From NCBI GenBank assembly GCA_000004985.1, contig GG738908.1: a stretch of 64,000 nucleotides of DNA; one strand, 5' to 3'. The DNA is from Naegleria gruberi. Its lineage: Eukaryota. Shown here in pieces: positions 44,678 through 57,300 of the stretch. Each line of letters opens with the position of its first letter. The stretch's first letter is position 1. A model generated the notes under the pieces. It saw nothing but the letters and a program-made list of their open reading frames with translations. It had not been told where the DNA came from and did not search any database. The position numbers were made by a program, and so were the translations under genes.

Positions 44678-46344
44678 TTAAATACCACCGGCAACTTCTA
44701 ACTCCTTAATTTTCTTATTATTCTTAATCTTCTTGACGTATTGTTTAAACTCTGAACTTTCCAAGAAGTTTTGGTAGGTACCATTTTCGTTAAGAACAAG
44801 TTTGAGTTTTTCAATGGCAATATCAAACAAATCAATTGGGACTTCATCATCATAAGTAATTTGATTGTATCTGTGAATAATTCTCTTCTTTACCTTACCA
44901 GCAATGTTAATTTCATTAAGAGCATCATCCTTGATATAATTTTCAATAATATTTGGAGCCATGTGAGATCTTTCATCAGGTGTAGCTCTCTTATAATTCA
45001 TAACATCCTCATAGAAAAGAATAGTTTCACTGCAAAGGGCTTTCAACAAGTACTTCTTAAATAATTCTCTGGTTACATCATTTTCAAGCATCTTTTCAAT
45101 ACTATTTGGAATTTCCATCTTTCCTAGTTCAGTCATACTCATACCTGTTTTCTTTCTGAGAGCATTATAAGCAAGTAGGAGAACTGGATAGTATAAACAA
45201 GTGGTATGAATTGCTTGAACCCAAATTTGGGCCATAACAACAAATGCAAATGAGAGATTTGTAAATGAAAGAACTGCAAGGAAAATAGTACCAATAATTG
45301 AAATGACAGTAGCAACTCTGATTTCAGTATTCAATGAATAGGAATCGTTAACTTCTCTCAACATGATAACTTCAATCAATAACATGATATCAACAATAAA
45401 CATTAAAGGAACAACAAGTCTAGGGTAGAGAATGTAGGTCATGATTGGATTGTTGGTTTCTCTTTCATTGATTTGACACAAAAAGTCATGAGGACATAAT
45501 CCTGGATAAGCCAAAGAAACTGGAAGCATCAATACAACGACAACAATTAGCATAATGACAAAGAATTTGACAAGATTGCTTTCTTCAGCTCTTCTCTTAT
45601 TGACATTGCTAGTGTTGGTTGCCTTTTGTTTTCTAATCATTTCAGAGACTTCTGTGGCATCAATCAATGTTGGCACATCTTCAACATCAAGAACTGAAAT
45701 TTGATCAGTTTGTAAATCATCTTGATTATTATGACGCCAACCTCTTGTGCTCGTTGATGGTTTTTGTGGTTGTGATGGTGGAGCAGTACTTTCTCCGAGA
45801 CCATCTTCAATGGCTTCACCTTGTTGTTTTGCCTTGTTTTGCAATTTTCTATTCAAGTTTCTTGCATTTCTCCTTTCCTTTGAAATTTCTTCTTGTTTCT
45901 TTTGTTCTGCAATCATCCTGAAGATTAGTTTCGAATAACAACATTGTCATTGAGAATAATTTCCAACACAAGACATTAAAACAATGATGACATTCAAGGT
46001 AAATTATTTCGGTTAATTAATACTTACTTTGAATTCCAGTGGTAGATAAAGTAAATTCTCCAAGCTCTCAACAGCAATGGAGCCCACAGAACATAAAAAC
46101 TTATGTTAGCAACAAGAACAATTAAACTACATGGTGTTTCCGGAATGCTATATGATAGAGTGTAGGCACCTAAATATATGGAAGCACCTATTGATGACAA
46201 GGATGATAGAACAGGAGCTCTTGCACGCATAGACTGATTGTTTCTGAATACAACAATCACAATAGCACAAGCAATACACAACAGAAATTGTAGACACCAC
46301 AATACTATGAAAAGTATTTCAGAGCCTTGTATGCTAAATGTCAT
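44678..46344 (-). CDS. 7TM-RGS protein: a seven-transmembrane receptor-like region fused to a C-terminal RGS domain. Two exons.
   Basis: Exon 1 is 46028..46344 and carries 3 TM helices. The 110-nt intron 45918..46027 runs from AA|GTAAGT (phase 2) to TTCAG|G. Exon 2, 44678..45917, carries a long loop, 4 TM helices and an RGS domain (IEKMLENDVTRELFKKYLLKALCSETILFYEDVMNYKRATPDERSHMAPNIIENYI). The split codon AA|G gives ...HWNS-K-MIAEQ.... Confidence 0.55.
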
Positions 46345-46669
46345 TTTGAAAAAGTTAAAAAGTTAGTGATGAGAGGTTATTAATAATATTGAATAGAATA
46401 AGAATTATTATTTCAAGAAGAGGAATGGAAAGGCTTGTCTCTCAAATTCCACGTTTGACGAATGGTCTTGTTGTGATGGTTTTAGCTTTGTTTTTTTCTC
46501 TTTAGACTTCTCTTCCATCAACACAAAACGTTCACATCATTGTTGCCTCCAAATAAAATCCGGATATTCTACTGATAATAGGCAAGAGAAGAGCCTTCAT
46601 TGTTTGGGGTGAACTAAACGATTTTTGTAACATGTGAACGAAAATTGTCCAACAGTTTTTTTCTTGGGT

Positions 46670-48487
46670 TCAAATAGAGCTGTTGACGTTTGAAGTTGTT
46701 CTTGCTACACATGCAGCACCAATAAAATATTTTGCCAATTCTTTGGCATTACTGTCTGCCATTTCTCTCTTCACAATAGGACTTATTGAGGGTTGTTTAG
46801 GTGGTGAGGCAATAATTTCTTCTTCTTCTTTGCTAGAGAGATTATCTTGCTTTGCTTCTTTTTCTGGAGTTTTGTGTGAAATCGAGGTTTTGTTTTCTTG
46901 TTTTACCTTCTTGTTGGAAGAGGGTTTAGTGGAAGATGAGGATGATTGAGATTTAGATGATGAAGGTGTTGATTTGGAGGATCTGGTTACTCTCTTAGTA
47001 ATCTTTACTTCCTCTTCGCTTCCAGAACTTTCGGAAGAAAGTTCTACTTCCTCTTCACTTTCAGAGCTTTCTACCTTTGTTTCTTTTTTTACAGAGGGTC
47101 TTCCACGTTTTCTGGCTGGTTCTTGTTTTGTTGTGATGACTTCCTCTTTCTTCGCCTTAACCTTAGAGAGTTGCTTCTTTATATCTGCTTTGTCTGAAGC
47201 CATCATTATAAACTGTTCCAATGCATTTTTACCATCATATTTGCATTCAGATAGAGAAATTCCACTTTTTTTAGTGCATAGTGGAGAATCACATGAATAT
47301 CTACAGTGAGTACAAACCCAACCTCCATTGTAAAGGTAATGATCAAAATCTCCTAACTCTTTTTTTTCAAAGCAATCCTTGCATGTAGTAACCATACATG
47401 GCAATCTTTGAGTAAATTGGAAGTTTGGATCTGGTTTGCTAATATTGTGTTTTTCATAGAATTCTCTCTTGTTACTAATCTTTGAAATGTCACATATCAT
47501 TCTACAACCCTGTTTTGTTCTGCAAAAATGGCAGTAGAATGTAACAAAACCATATTCTCGTATTGTTTGAGTGAACAATATATCAATAATAAATTCTTCT
47601 TTCTTGGTATTCAATGCATTGATAGAACAAGTTAAGAAACAGGTTTGTTTGATTTTGTTCCTGTCTTCATTGAAAAATTCTGGAAAATCTTCCATAAGGT
47701 TTGTTATTTCCACTGGTAAATCATCCATATCCTCAAGTTCTGGTATGATATCAGTTAAATTTATAATCAGACGTTTGCTTAATTTTTTTACAGGGAATTT
47801 TCTTCCTCCTATCATAACACAGTTTGTAGAATCAATATGTAGGACGGTCACTCCTTTTTTTCTTGGTTTTCTACTTCTCTTTGCAGGCTTCTTTACCTCT
47901 TCTTCATTGATTTCAGTTTCCCCTGTGTTTTCTTCATTGATTTCTTCAGTCCTTACCACTTCCTCGTTTATAATTGGATCAATTGGTTTCTCCTCCTGTT
48001 CTTCTATTAATTCCTTCTGTTCTTCCTTTTTTTCTTCCTCAACTGCAGTTTCACAAATAGCAGGTATTGGTGGAGCTTCATGCATTGGATCCTTTATATT
48101 CGGTGAATCGACATTATCACTAGTTACATCCATCATGAGTTGGGTTGCATTCTCCACAGAATCACTGGTAAATGAAGTATTCATCAAGCTTGGGGAATCT
48201 TGTGATTGAACATTCTTAAAAAATCTTCTCTTCTTTTTCGGAGATGTTACCACTTGAACACTACCACCACTATCATTATCATGATGATTTGTTGGTGATG
48301 TTGGCTCATCTATTGGTGGAGGTGGGTTGATTTGATGATCATTAACTTGACTTGATTCTTTATCAATATTAATACTACTAGAAGAAGAGGTTGATGTTTC
48401 CGTTGAATAAGATTCCAATGATGATGATAACTGTGATTCTTCCAAAGCACCAGAGCGACGAATAAACCTTCTAGGTTTGTGAGACAT
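46670..48487 (-). CDS. Nuclear-type protein with an AT-hook (PARKRGRPS), a Cys-rich zinc-finger-like cluster and S/E/K-rich tails
   Basis: The AT-hook core is RKRGRP. The Cys/His cluster is CFLTC...CHFCRTKQGCRMIC...CMVTTCKDC...CTHCRYSCDSPLC. The termini are highly charged and Ser-rich. ATG at 48487. Confidence 0.5.
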   Translation of the reverse strand: MSHKPRRFIRRSGALEESQLSSSLESYSTETSTSSSSSINIDKESSQVNDHQINPPPPIDEPTSPTNHHDNDSGGSVQVVTSPKKKRRFFKNVQSQDSPSLMNTSFTSDSVENATQLMMDVTSDNVDSPNIKDPMHEAPPIPAICETAVEEEKKEEQKELIEEQEEKPIDPIINEEVVRTEEINEENTGETEINEEEVKKPAKRSRKPRKKGVTVLHIDSTNCVMIGGRKFPVKKLSKRLIINLTDIIPELEDMDDLPVEITNLMEDFPEFFNEDRNKIKQTCFLTCSINALNTKKEEFIIDILFTQTIREYGFVTFYCHFCRTKQGCRMICDISKISNKREFYEKHNISKPDPNFQFTQRLPCMVTTCKDCFEKKELGDFDHYLYNGGWVCTHCRYSCDSPLCTKKSGISLSECKYDGKNALEQFIMMASDKADIKKQLSKVKAKKEEVITTKQEPARKRGRPSVKKETKVESSESEEEVELSSESSGSEEEVKITKRVTRSSKSTPSSSKSQSSSSSTKPSSNKKVKQENKTSISHKTPEKEAKQDNLSSKEEEEIIASPPKQPSISPIVKREMADSNAKELAKYFIGAACVARTTSNVNSSI

Positions 48488-48574
48488 TTTTTTTAATAAA
48501 TTATTTTACATTTTTAAATATTATTTATTTAAATATATTTATTATAATATTTAATTATATACTAAATGTTATTA

Positions 48575-51025
48575 CTATTTCAAATGATGAAGAAGTGCCT
48601 CACATCTTGTATGAATTTCTTCAATAGAGGGACAATTACTTTCATCAACCCCAAACTTTTCTCTATAGAGTTTGAGTTTTTCCTCAAAAGTTTCATTCTT
48701 AAATTTATCAACCATACCTTTCAAAGTTTTCTTATTCTTCTTTACATAATTATCAAATAGTTCCTTAACTTTCTTTCCAGGAGATTTTACAAAGAGAAGT
48801 TCAGTAAATTTACTCTTCTTTGCTGTAGGAATTGTTTGACGATTTTCATCCAAATCTATACCAAATGCTTCATTAGAATCCAAATTAACGATCACATTAT
48901 TCAAGTGAACATCTCCAATTCCTAAAATATATCTTCCAATAAAATCTGTTGAAATTGATTCATAAATTTTTGATGAAATATCTTCTTGAGTTTTGAAGTA
49001 TTCTGTTGCAAGTGAAATTCCAAGACATTTCCTATCTTTAACAATATTGTGCTTATTGAGATTCTCTCCCTTATCCTTAATATCAGAATCAGTCATATCA
49101 GAACCAATTCTAATATATCTGAGATAGTAGTTCGAATCACTTTCGAATTTCACAACTGTTGGAATTAAAATATTACTCAAACCAATCTCAGTATTCAATA
49201 AATTTGTTCTAAATTGAATTTTCCTAATATTGACCATATCTTTTTCATTTGTTTGGCTATAAGGTCCTTTGAATACATATTCACTAGTAATGTAAACCTT
49301 CTTCTTTGAACTACTTGTAGGAGTTTGACCAATAGGACATTCGAGAATATTCTCACAAAGTTCTGTATCTAATAATTCAAAATCAGAAATCATTTCAATT
49401 TTTGTTTTCTTCTTGATTCTCAGTTTTGGAGTTGATTTTCTCTTTTTTGATTCCACTTTCTCTTCTTCATCACTTGAATCCTCTTCTTCATCACTATCTT
49501 CTTCCTCTTCTTGTTCAAAGTTTTTCACCCATTTTTTGTAAACATCTGGATAAATGCTATTAGTTCTAGCCTTTTTTGTTGTATTCTTTTCTTCCAGATT
49601 CATGTAAATTTTGTAAGCTTCATCCATATATATATTGTCAATGTTCAAAACTAAACTCTCATCTAATTTTAATCCTTCATCAAGAAAATGTGACATTTGA
49701 GTAGGAAGTCCCTCTTTCTGATTCTTAAATCTCTTAATAACATTTGGATGTGATTTGTTGAGCTCGTCTTCACCCCATTCTGAAATATCAATCTTCTTAT
49801 TCTTACAATATTTCTTCAAAGTTGTTCTTGTATCCTTCCCTTTACCAGCATGAGTGTGTTTATCAAAGTAAACATCTAACATTGTCATTTCTCTTCTTTT
49901 TGATAATAATGAAGCATCTGGCTTTTCTACAACATTGGAATATAATCTTTCCATAGAATCCTTAATAGATTCTTCATCAGTAATTTCATCATAATCAATA
50001 TTCTCCCATTCATCATCAATTTGTAACATTTGAGACCTCACTGCATACAGTATACCACACTGGACATTAAGTTTGAGCGATCCAACTCCCAAACAAATAA
50101 TTTCCATCAATGATAATATATTCAAAAGTCTCATTTCCTTATTATTAACTTCCATTTTCAATAATTTACCCAATATGAAATGGAACAAACAAATTAATAA
50201 TCTTGACTGATGCTTAGAAGTGTCGTCCATACTATATATACAATATTTCTTTACAAAATTAATACAATCATCCCTCTTCTCTTTTTTGAGATATTCCAAT
50301 ACTGACCTCACCATCTTTTGCTTATTATTTTCTACTTTCTTCTTTTCAATTTCTTCCATCATTATTATACAATGTGTTAATTGCAACAATTCAATTTCAC
50401 TTTTCTTTACAGTTTCAAGTTTTTCATTTGTTTTTCCATTTTCCAAATAATCATTCCAATTTGTAAATGTTTCATCAAATACTTTTTCAAAATTCTTTAA
50501 AATCAATTCAGCATCCATTCCTTTTGTTTCATTAATATTATGAACCCATTTCAAATTATTAGAAATCTTTCCATCATTTTCCAATTCTGTAAATTCACTA
50601 TTCAAAGCAACAATACTTCCCATAGCAGCAATTCTAGATTTCAAAGTCCTACAAACAGACAAAGCACCACCAACCAGCATTTTCCTACTCTTTTCTGATT
50701 CCTTCCAAGCAGTACTAGTTTTGTTTTTACATTCCTTCTTTACATGTTTCTTCCAATCAACGTATAATTCTAATAATTGAATTGGTAACTCCAAGCTTCC
50801 GAAACAATCTTCGCATGCATAAGTAAACAAATCTTCGAATGTACCATTTCCATAACCAGAAACATCCTGTTCAATCGTATAAAACAAGACATCATTCGAA
50901 AGGTTTCTTCTACATGCTTTTTGAATAGAACTAACGCAAGCACTATATTCATACAAGTGTTTAGTGTGAGAGATTCCTAAAGGCATTTTTTTATGTTGTA
51001 AATTGTTAACAAATGCACTTATCAT
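48575..51025 (-). CDS. Large protein with a C-terminal atypical kinase-like region (PI3K/PI4K-type catalytic-loop-like motif)
   Basis: ...FIGRYILGIGDVHLNNVIVNLDSNEAFGIDLDE... resembles the G[IL]GD[R]HxxN[IL] catalytic loop plus a DFG-like FGIDLD, but with R->V. There is an acidic EEEEDSDEEEDSSDEEE stretch. ATG at 51025. Confidence 0.35.
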   Translation of the reverse strand: MISAFVNNLQHKKMPLGISHTKHLYEYSACVSSIQKACRRNLSNDVLFYTIEQDVSGYGNGTFEDLFTYACEDCFGSLELPIQLLELYVDWKKHVKKECKNKTSTAWKESEKSRKMLVGGALSVCRTLKSRIAAMGSIVALNSEFTELENDGKISNNLKWVHNINETKGMDAELILKNFEKVFDETFTNWNDYLENGKTNEKLETVKKSEIELLQLTHCIIMMEEIEKKKVENNKQKMVRSVLEYLKKEKRDDCINFVKKYCIYSMDDTSKHQSRLLICLFHFILGKLLKMEVNNKEMRLLNILSLMEIICLGVGSLKLNVQCGILYAVRSQMLQIDDEWENIDYDEITDEESIKDSMERLYSNVVEKPDASLLSKRREMTMLDVYFDKHTHAGKGKDTRTTLKKYCKNKKIDISEWGEDELNKSHPNVIKRFKNQKEGLPTQMSHFLDEGLKLDESLVLNIDNIYMDEAYKIYMNLEEKNTTKKARTNSIYPDVYKKWVKNFEQEEEEDSDEEEDSSDEEEKVESKKRKSTPKLRIKKKTKIEMISDFELLDTELCENILECPIGQTPTSSSKKKVYITSEYVFKGPYSQTNEKDMVNIRKIQFRTNLLNTEIGLSNILIPTVVKFESDSNYYLRYIRIGSDMTDSDIKDKGENLNKHNIVKDRKCLGISLATEYFKTQEDISSKIYESISTDFIGRYILGIGDVHLNNVIVNLDSNEAFGIDLDENRQTIPTAKKSKFTELLFVKSPGKKVKELFDNYVKKNKKTLKGMVDKFKNETFEEKLKLYREKFGVDESNCPSIEEIHTRCEALLHHLK

Positions 51026-51365
51026 TCTATTAATAGGGTTTTCAAACAGTTCGAATGTTGGCTCGAAGTGAAATCAATGAAAAACAAATAGTTCACCAAA
51101 TTATTTGACCTTATTTTTGGAATAGTGACTTTCTTTGAAACATGATTATTCAAGTTTGATTTTCAATACTAATCTTTAATCTGCTTCTAGCTTTGATTTT
51201 TTCCCGCCTTTAATCAAAAAAAATACTAATACCATCATTACCAGTAATATTAATCATAGGATCAGAAAATAATTTTAGTATCGTGAATGAAATGTAGATG
51301 AAATTGAAGAAGAAGGCTAACATACACGTTCCTTTTAACAATATTTTGTAATTTATGTACAGGAA

Positions 51366-54300
51366 TTAAATTGTTGTTGGATTATCAAAATGAACATCAA
51401 TAACATCAATAGTAGAGAAGGTCTTCATGGCAATGCTATATGGCTGTCTGTGGCCTATGGTCGGAGTTGTAGAATCACGATGTTCAAATCTAAAAGCATT
51501 TTGAGAAGAATTTGATTGTAATGTGGAGGAAGTCACAACTCTTTCGTATTGAGGATTAGGAGGAGCCTCCTTGTTGGTTTCCTTTGCATTATCCCTCTTT
51601 CTCTTTTCTCTCACTATAATACAGCCAACAGTTATTGGAATAGCGATGAAACAACCACAACAGATAAATATTGGAATCAAGATTACAGCAGCTGCTCCAC
51701 TACTGTCATTGCTAAGTGGTGCGTTAATGTCATTTGGAAGAGTTTGTTCAAGGTAATCAGCAGTTATTCCAACCATTGAATTGTTCATGAGGTTGGAAAG
51801 AGAGGATAAATCACACAAACAATGGACAATGAGAGTTTGTTCACTTGCTTTGATATCTGTCAATAATTGGAAAGATGTCTTGACAAATTTACAACTTGAT
51901 TCAGTTTCAAAATTTGTAAAATCAAGAGTCAAACTGCATCTGAATGTTTGATTGGTTCTTGAACTGATTGGTGCAATATAGGATGGAATTGGAATATTGA
52001 TATGAACACTTCCTGTCAATGAATTTGAAATGTTCAATTGTGAAACATATTCCTTTTTTACATCTTCAACTTTTCTTGATAATTTGGTTGGGAATTTGAA
52101 TAATGAATTTGCAATATTGACCATTTGAATGGTGGAAATCATGGAAACACTAAAAGAGACCAATGAACTATTAGAATTGGAGAAGGAAAAACTATTTGAG
52201 TTCAGTGCTGAAATAGATGTTTTTACAGCATTAATAGAAACCAAATTGGATGGTTTTTCACCTGGGAAAAAGTCTAAAGTTGTCAATTCTGTTTTAGTAC
52301 CCAAAGAAATAGCAGCATTCACAATTGAAGATGCCAATTTGATGGTTGATGTTTCTGGAATCTTTGATGCGACATTTACCAAAATTTCAGAAAGTGAATT
52401 TGAAGAATCTGATGACCAAACAGCTGCCTTACTTGAAATATCAACAAACTTGTTAATCATGTCAACAGTTTTCGATGTAGTTTCTTCTGTTAAGAATTGA
52501 GGTTTTGAAAGTACTTTGACTTGGTTCATGTAATTGGACATGTCTTCAGAAGTGACTGAATTTTGTGCAAGATTTGTATCTAATTGAGTAGAAAGAGATG
52601 TTGCTGTTGCATTTAAGGCGAGTGGAATAATTTTAGAAATTTCACTAATGACAGAATTATTTTGGGCCACTGTACCGATATTAGAAACAATTGAAATAAC
52701 CAAATCATTGCTCTTATGGAAATCATTTGTTGGACTTGATAACGAGTTTGAAAGAGAGGAAACTACATCATTTGTGAACAAACTATTGGTACTGAACTCG
52801 ATGACGTTTGTCAACTTGATAGGCATTGTTAGTTTACCACCAGTTTTGGTGTCTGAAAAGAGAATTTTGAAATTTGAACCAAATTTTGTAGTCTTGAAGG
52901 ATATTGGGAAGGATACCGATGTTGCAACGATACTATCTTCATTAAGAAGTGTCATACTAATGGTAGAGAGTGGATTTCCCATGGTACAAGAAAGCTTTCC
53001 AATTGTAAAACCAACTTCAAGTTTAGAAGGAGTGATGGTACAATCTTTGAGTTTGATTTGATCAGATAGAGAATCTTGTACAGTGACTGGAACTGTAACA
53101 TCTGTAACGTCGCTGGTTCCCATCAAGGAGAGGGTAAAGTATTTACCAACATTTTGAATTGTTGAATCTTTGGATTTGAGTTTTCCGTTTTTATATTGCA
53201 ATGGGAGTAAGTATCTCGTACCACTAACAAAAATTGAAGCTAATGGATATCTTTCAAATTGTGAACCAATGTAACGAATATCAACTTGGCAATTAGAAGC
53301 TTGGGATGTCAAAATATCCAAAAAGTAAGTTGTAGATTCTTCCAAGGATGGAATAACATTATTAACTTTCATACCAGTTAAAGTTGCTCCAAGTACGTTG
53401 CATGATGATACATCTATGCGAGTATCAGGGATGAATGAAACCACTTGGGTGGATTTTCCAATGACAACTGGTTGATTTTCAGAATTGGTCATGAGGTTCA
53501 ATAAATCAGGGGCTGGTGCTACTGAATAATAATATGATTGGAGACATGCAACTGTAAAGGTATGATCAATGGTCATATTAAAATCAGGGTAAATTGTATT
53601 CACTGGTACTGAAACAGTTGCAGAGGAAGTCTCTAAACTAATCTTCCTGTACACGTGATTATTTTCCAACAGCAGGAAAACAATTGATTTTTGTAAAGAC
53701 TCTGCACCATAATAATTCTTGCAAGTGAGTGTAATACTAGGAATTCTGGATGGCTTATACACAATCAGTGATTCCTTGATCAAAACAGTTGGAGCAATCA
53801 TTTGTAATTGGAATGGAAGTGTTGTACCATCAATAAGTTCTATTGTGAATGACAAATTCTCACTGAATGTTTTTGGTTTGATAACAATTGCTTTTTCAGT
53901 TGTTTCCCAATTAAAATAATAAGTTGGATAGGTAGAATGGACTTGGAAGGAAACAGTTCTGGCGTCGACACATTCTTGATTCTCAGCGAAGAATTGGGCA
54001 AGGGGTATTGTTGCTTGCGTAGAGGTCATTACAATCTTGGTTGTTGGAACTTTGAGTAGTAATTTTGGATAGGATCCTTCGATTGGGAACGAAAGGTTTT
54101 TGGTGTATGTTAAACCAAAATTAGAAATCACACTGACAGACATGTCAATAGTAGAAAGCTTTAAAATATCTGAAACATATGGGAAAGTCCATTCCAATTG
54201 ATTTTGGGAATTTTGAATGGCATCACTCACTAATTTGTTAGACATTAAGGCAACTGAATTTCCTGTCAATTCCCAAGTCATTGCTTGGAAATTTCCATGT

Positions 54301-57300
54301 TCTGGTTGAGAATATTCAGCCTTAACATTGCTTTCAAAACATCTATTCATCGATTTGGAACTGATCTTTCCATTGGAAATTTTAGCAGAAACTCCATCAT
54401 AATAATGTTGGAAGGAGCTCAAAAAGGCACTCACATCTAATTGGACGGAAACGTATTTGTCAGACTTTGGATTCGACCAAAATACGTTGAACATTATTGG
54501 TTCTCTTGGACTGAAGATTGCATCTGATTGAGATACATATGCTTTGATGGTATATCTGTAACTGTGCAGGTCAGAATTCAATCTATTTTCTGTTACATAA
54601 CATAGCATTGGATAAGAAGTGGAACTCTTGGTGACTAACTTGTCAATATTTCCAAATATTTTCTCGCAATCCACCTTTGAACTAGTGTATCTGTAATTAC
54701 TATTGGTAACAATGCTGAAAGCTGCCAATTTTTTTCCAATTCCCCAAAGATTTTGATCCATATTCAAGTCAACTGAATAATCAAAATAGGTAGCTTGATC
54801 TGATTCCAAGAAATTGAAACAATCATCACCAAAGTGAGCTCCTATACAACCAGAACACGATTGTCCAGTGTAATAGTCGAGACATTGTTCACAATAAGTA
54901 CCATTGGATCTCGTATTGCATTTACAAACATTGTAGGAGGTACAAGTTCCTCTATAATTACAAACTGATTCTTCAGAGTGTGGTACATTGTCACATGTCC
55001 AATTTCCACACTTTGACCCATAGTAACCGGTAATGCAATCTTGGCAGGTATCTCCCTTAATAGTTTCCGATTCACAGACACAGATGTTTACAGATTTACA
55101 ATGACCTCTTGCTGAACAAACGGCTGGTGAAGAATTTTCAATTCCTCCACATGTCCATTTTTCACAATGAGTGCCATAATAACCATCTTCACAAGTTTGG
55201 CAATTACTACCAATGGATTTTGGTCTCGTACAAGAGCAAGTATCGAGAGCTGTACATATACCATTTCCATTGCAAACATTTGGATCCATGAAATGAGTTC
55301 CATTACATGTGAATTGTTCACAATTTTCACCAAAATATCCATCAGTACAGTTACAGTTATTGTAATCAACACATGTACCCTTAGAGGAACAGACTCTTGG
55401 TTGTGAGCTATCAGTTCCGTTACAACCAAAACTTTGACACATGCTTCCGTAATAACCAGTCTTGCAAGAACAAATACCAGGTTTCACACAAGTACCTTGC
55501 CCAGAGCAAACATCAGTTTCGTTTGCTACTTTCCCAAAACAAATTGGAAGTTCACAATTTTTACCTGCATAACCAGTACTACATTCACACAAGTCAATGT
55601 CCGTACATTTTCCATGGTTTGAACAGACACCATAACTACTCTTGGAAATTCCAAAACATGCGGCTTCAATTTCACAAGCATCACCATAATAACTACGATC
55701 ACAAGCACAGGTACTATTGAAAAAACAAGTACCTCTTCCATGACAAGATCCTGAATTGTAGCTTGACAAATCTTCACAAAAACCATAAGGAACACAAGTA
55801 CCTGAATCACTAGGAGAAATGGATGCAGAACAAGAGCAAGTGTTTGGACCAGTACATTTACCTTTTCCATTGCATACATTAGGGTTGGTAGCTTCGAGAT
55901 CATAACAAACAGGAGTATTACAGGAGGCCCCTGTGTAGCCACTTGCACATGAATATGTTGGCCAGTAGCCATAATGGTACCAAATGGAATCAACAACAGC
56001 GCCACAAGACATGGATGCTCCAACTAAATCGAGGCCACTAGGGACGTACTCAATATTACCACCCCAGCAACCATTTGCACCGTAGCTGTTCTTATTAGTA
56101 TCAAATCTAATACATGCCAATGTTGTGGATGCCCAAATCCAGAAACCATAGTCTCTATACTCGTGATGAATTTTAGTGATGTATTCATCATCAGCAAGTG
56201 TAAATTCAGTTTCCCGATTATCGCTGCTACCAATTGATTGACTGGTACCATCTCTAAACCTGAATTCGATACCGTACACATAGTCACTACTGTGTTTAAT
56301 TTTCATTCCTTTGATAAATTTAGATGTTGACTGCGGTGAACTCGTTTTACCTCCGTAGCTTGCACTACTTGTCACATACTGATATTCTGTACCTAAATAA
56401 TAACCATTAGAACTAAAAGACAAGGCTTTCAACTCTTTGGAAGTACCAGAAAGTCTAATGTAAATGATTGGCTTTTGCTCGCCTACATAATTATTGGAAT
56501 TCACAATAGGACTTGATGTTGAGACGATAAAACTATCAGTAATATCGTATTCTGTTGATAGTTGTTGAACTTGAATGATTTTTCCTTCCAGATGTCTGAA
56601 TCGGAATTGATACACACTCTTAGATTGAGCTTGCATAGTTCTGCTATTACCATCCACAATTGAATAAGGATCAGCGCTTGTACCAGTAATGACTGTTGCA
56701 ATGGTATTGTCTCGCTCAATTGACAATGAATGGATCTTGAAATAATCTTGTTTGAACTGGGAAATTTGAATGAAATTCTTTGTGAATGTAAATGTTGTCT
56801 TGATATAATCATATTGCAGAAGGAAGATATTTGGAGAGATTGCATTTCCATTCAAAAAACAATCAGCTTCACATGACAAGAGAATGTTGAGCTTCCCCAA
56901 TGAATCGAACTTAATTTTTGGAGTGGGAATCATGGCAGATGAACTGTGGAAGACTTTCTGAGAATGGACATAGGATCCATCCTTTGGATTTAACAATAGA
57001 ACCCATAGGGAAGACTGATGAGGTAAATATTCCTTATTTTCCCCATCAATGATCAGTTGGAATTCTTGTGTATCAAAGAACGAAACAACAACCCGATCAT
57101 ATACTACCGAGTAGTGAATAGCCATAACTTTACACTTTGTTGTGTCTTCACAACCTGCTATTGCCTTCTTTAGAATAACTTGATCTTTGTAAATGATCAA
57201 GTAAATTTGATATCCTTTCTGCATAATGAAGTATCTCTTTCCGCTTACATTGTCAATGTACATTGCTTGAATAGAATATCCAATCAAATTACTAAAAGGG

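Noticed and set aside
46683-48209. Plus-strand ORFs 46683..46949, 46974..47309 and 47571..48209
   Set aside because: They are antisense to the acidic, Ser-rich AT-hook gene, and are stop-poor frames of GA-rich repeats.
52129-52500. The plus-strand ORF (123 aa) MVEIMETLKETNELLELEKEKLFEF... and its counterpart 63493..63888 on the minus strand
   Set aside because: Both are antisense to the S/T-rich stalk-coding region of the two EGF paralogues. They are similar to each other only because the sense genes are paralogous. They are frame artefacts of low-complexity coding DNA.
54842-56287. Series of same-strand overlapping ORFs inside the EGF-repeat region (54842..55081, 55088..55429, 55526..56023, 56024..56287)
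   Set aside because: These are alternative frames of Cys/Gly-codon-rich EGF-repeat sequence lying fully within the 2155-aa CDS.
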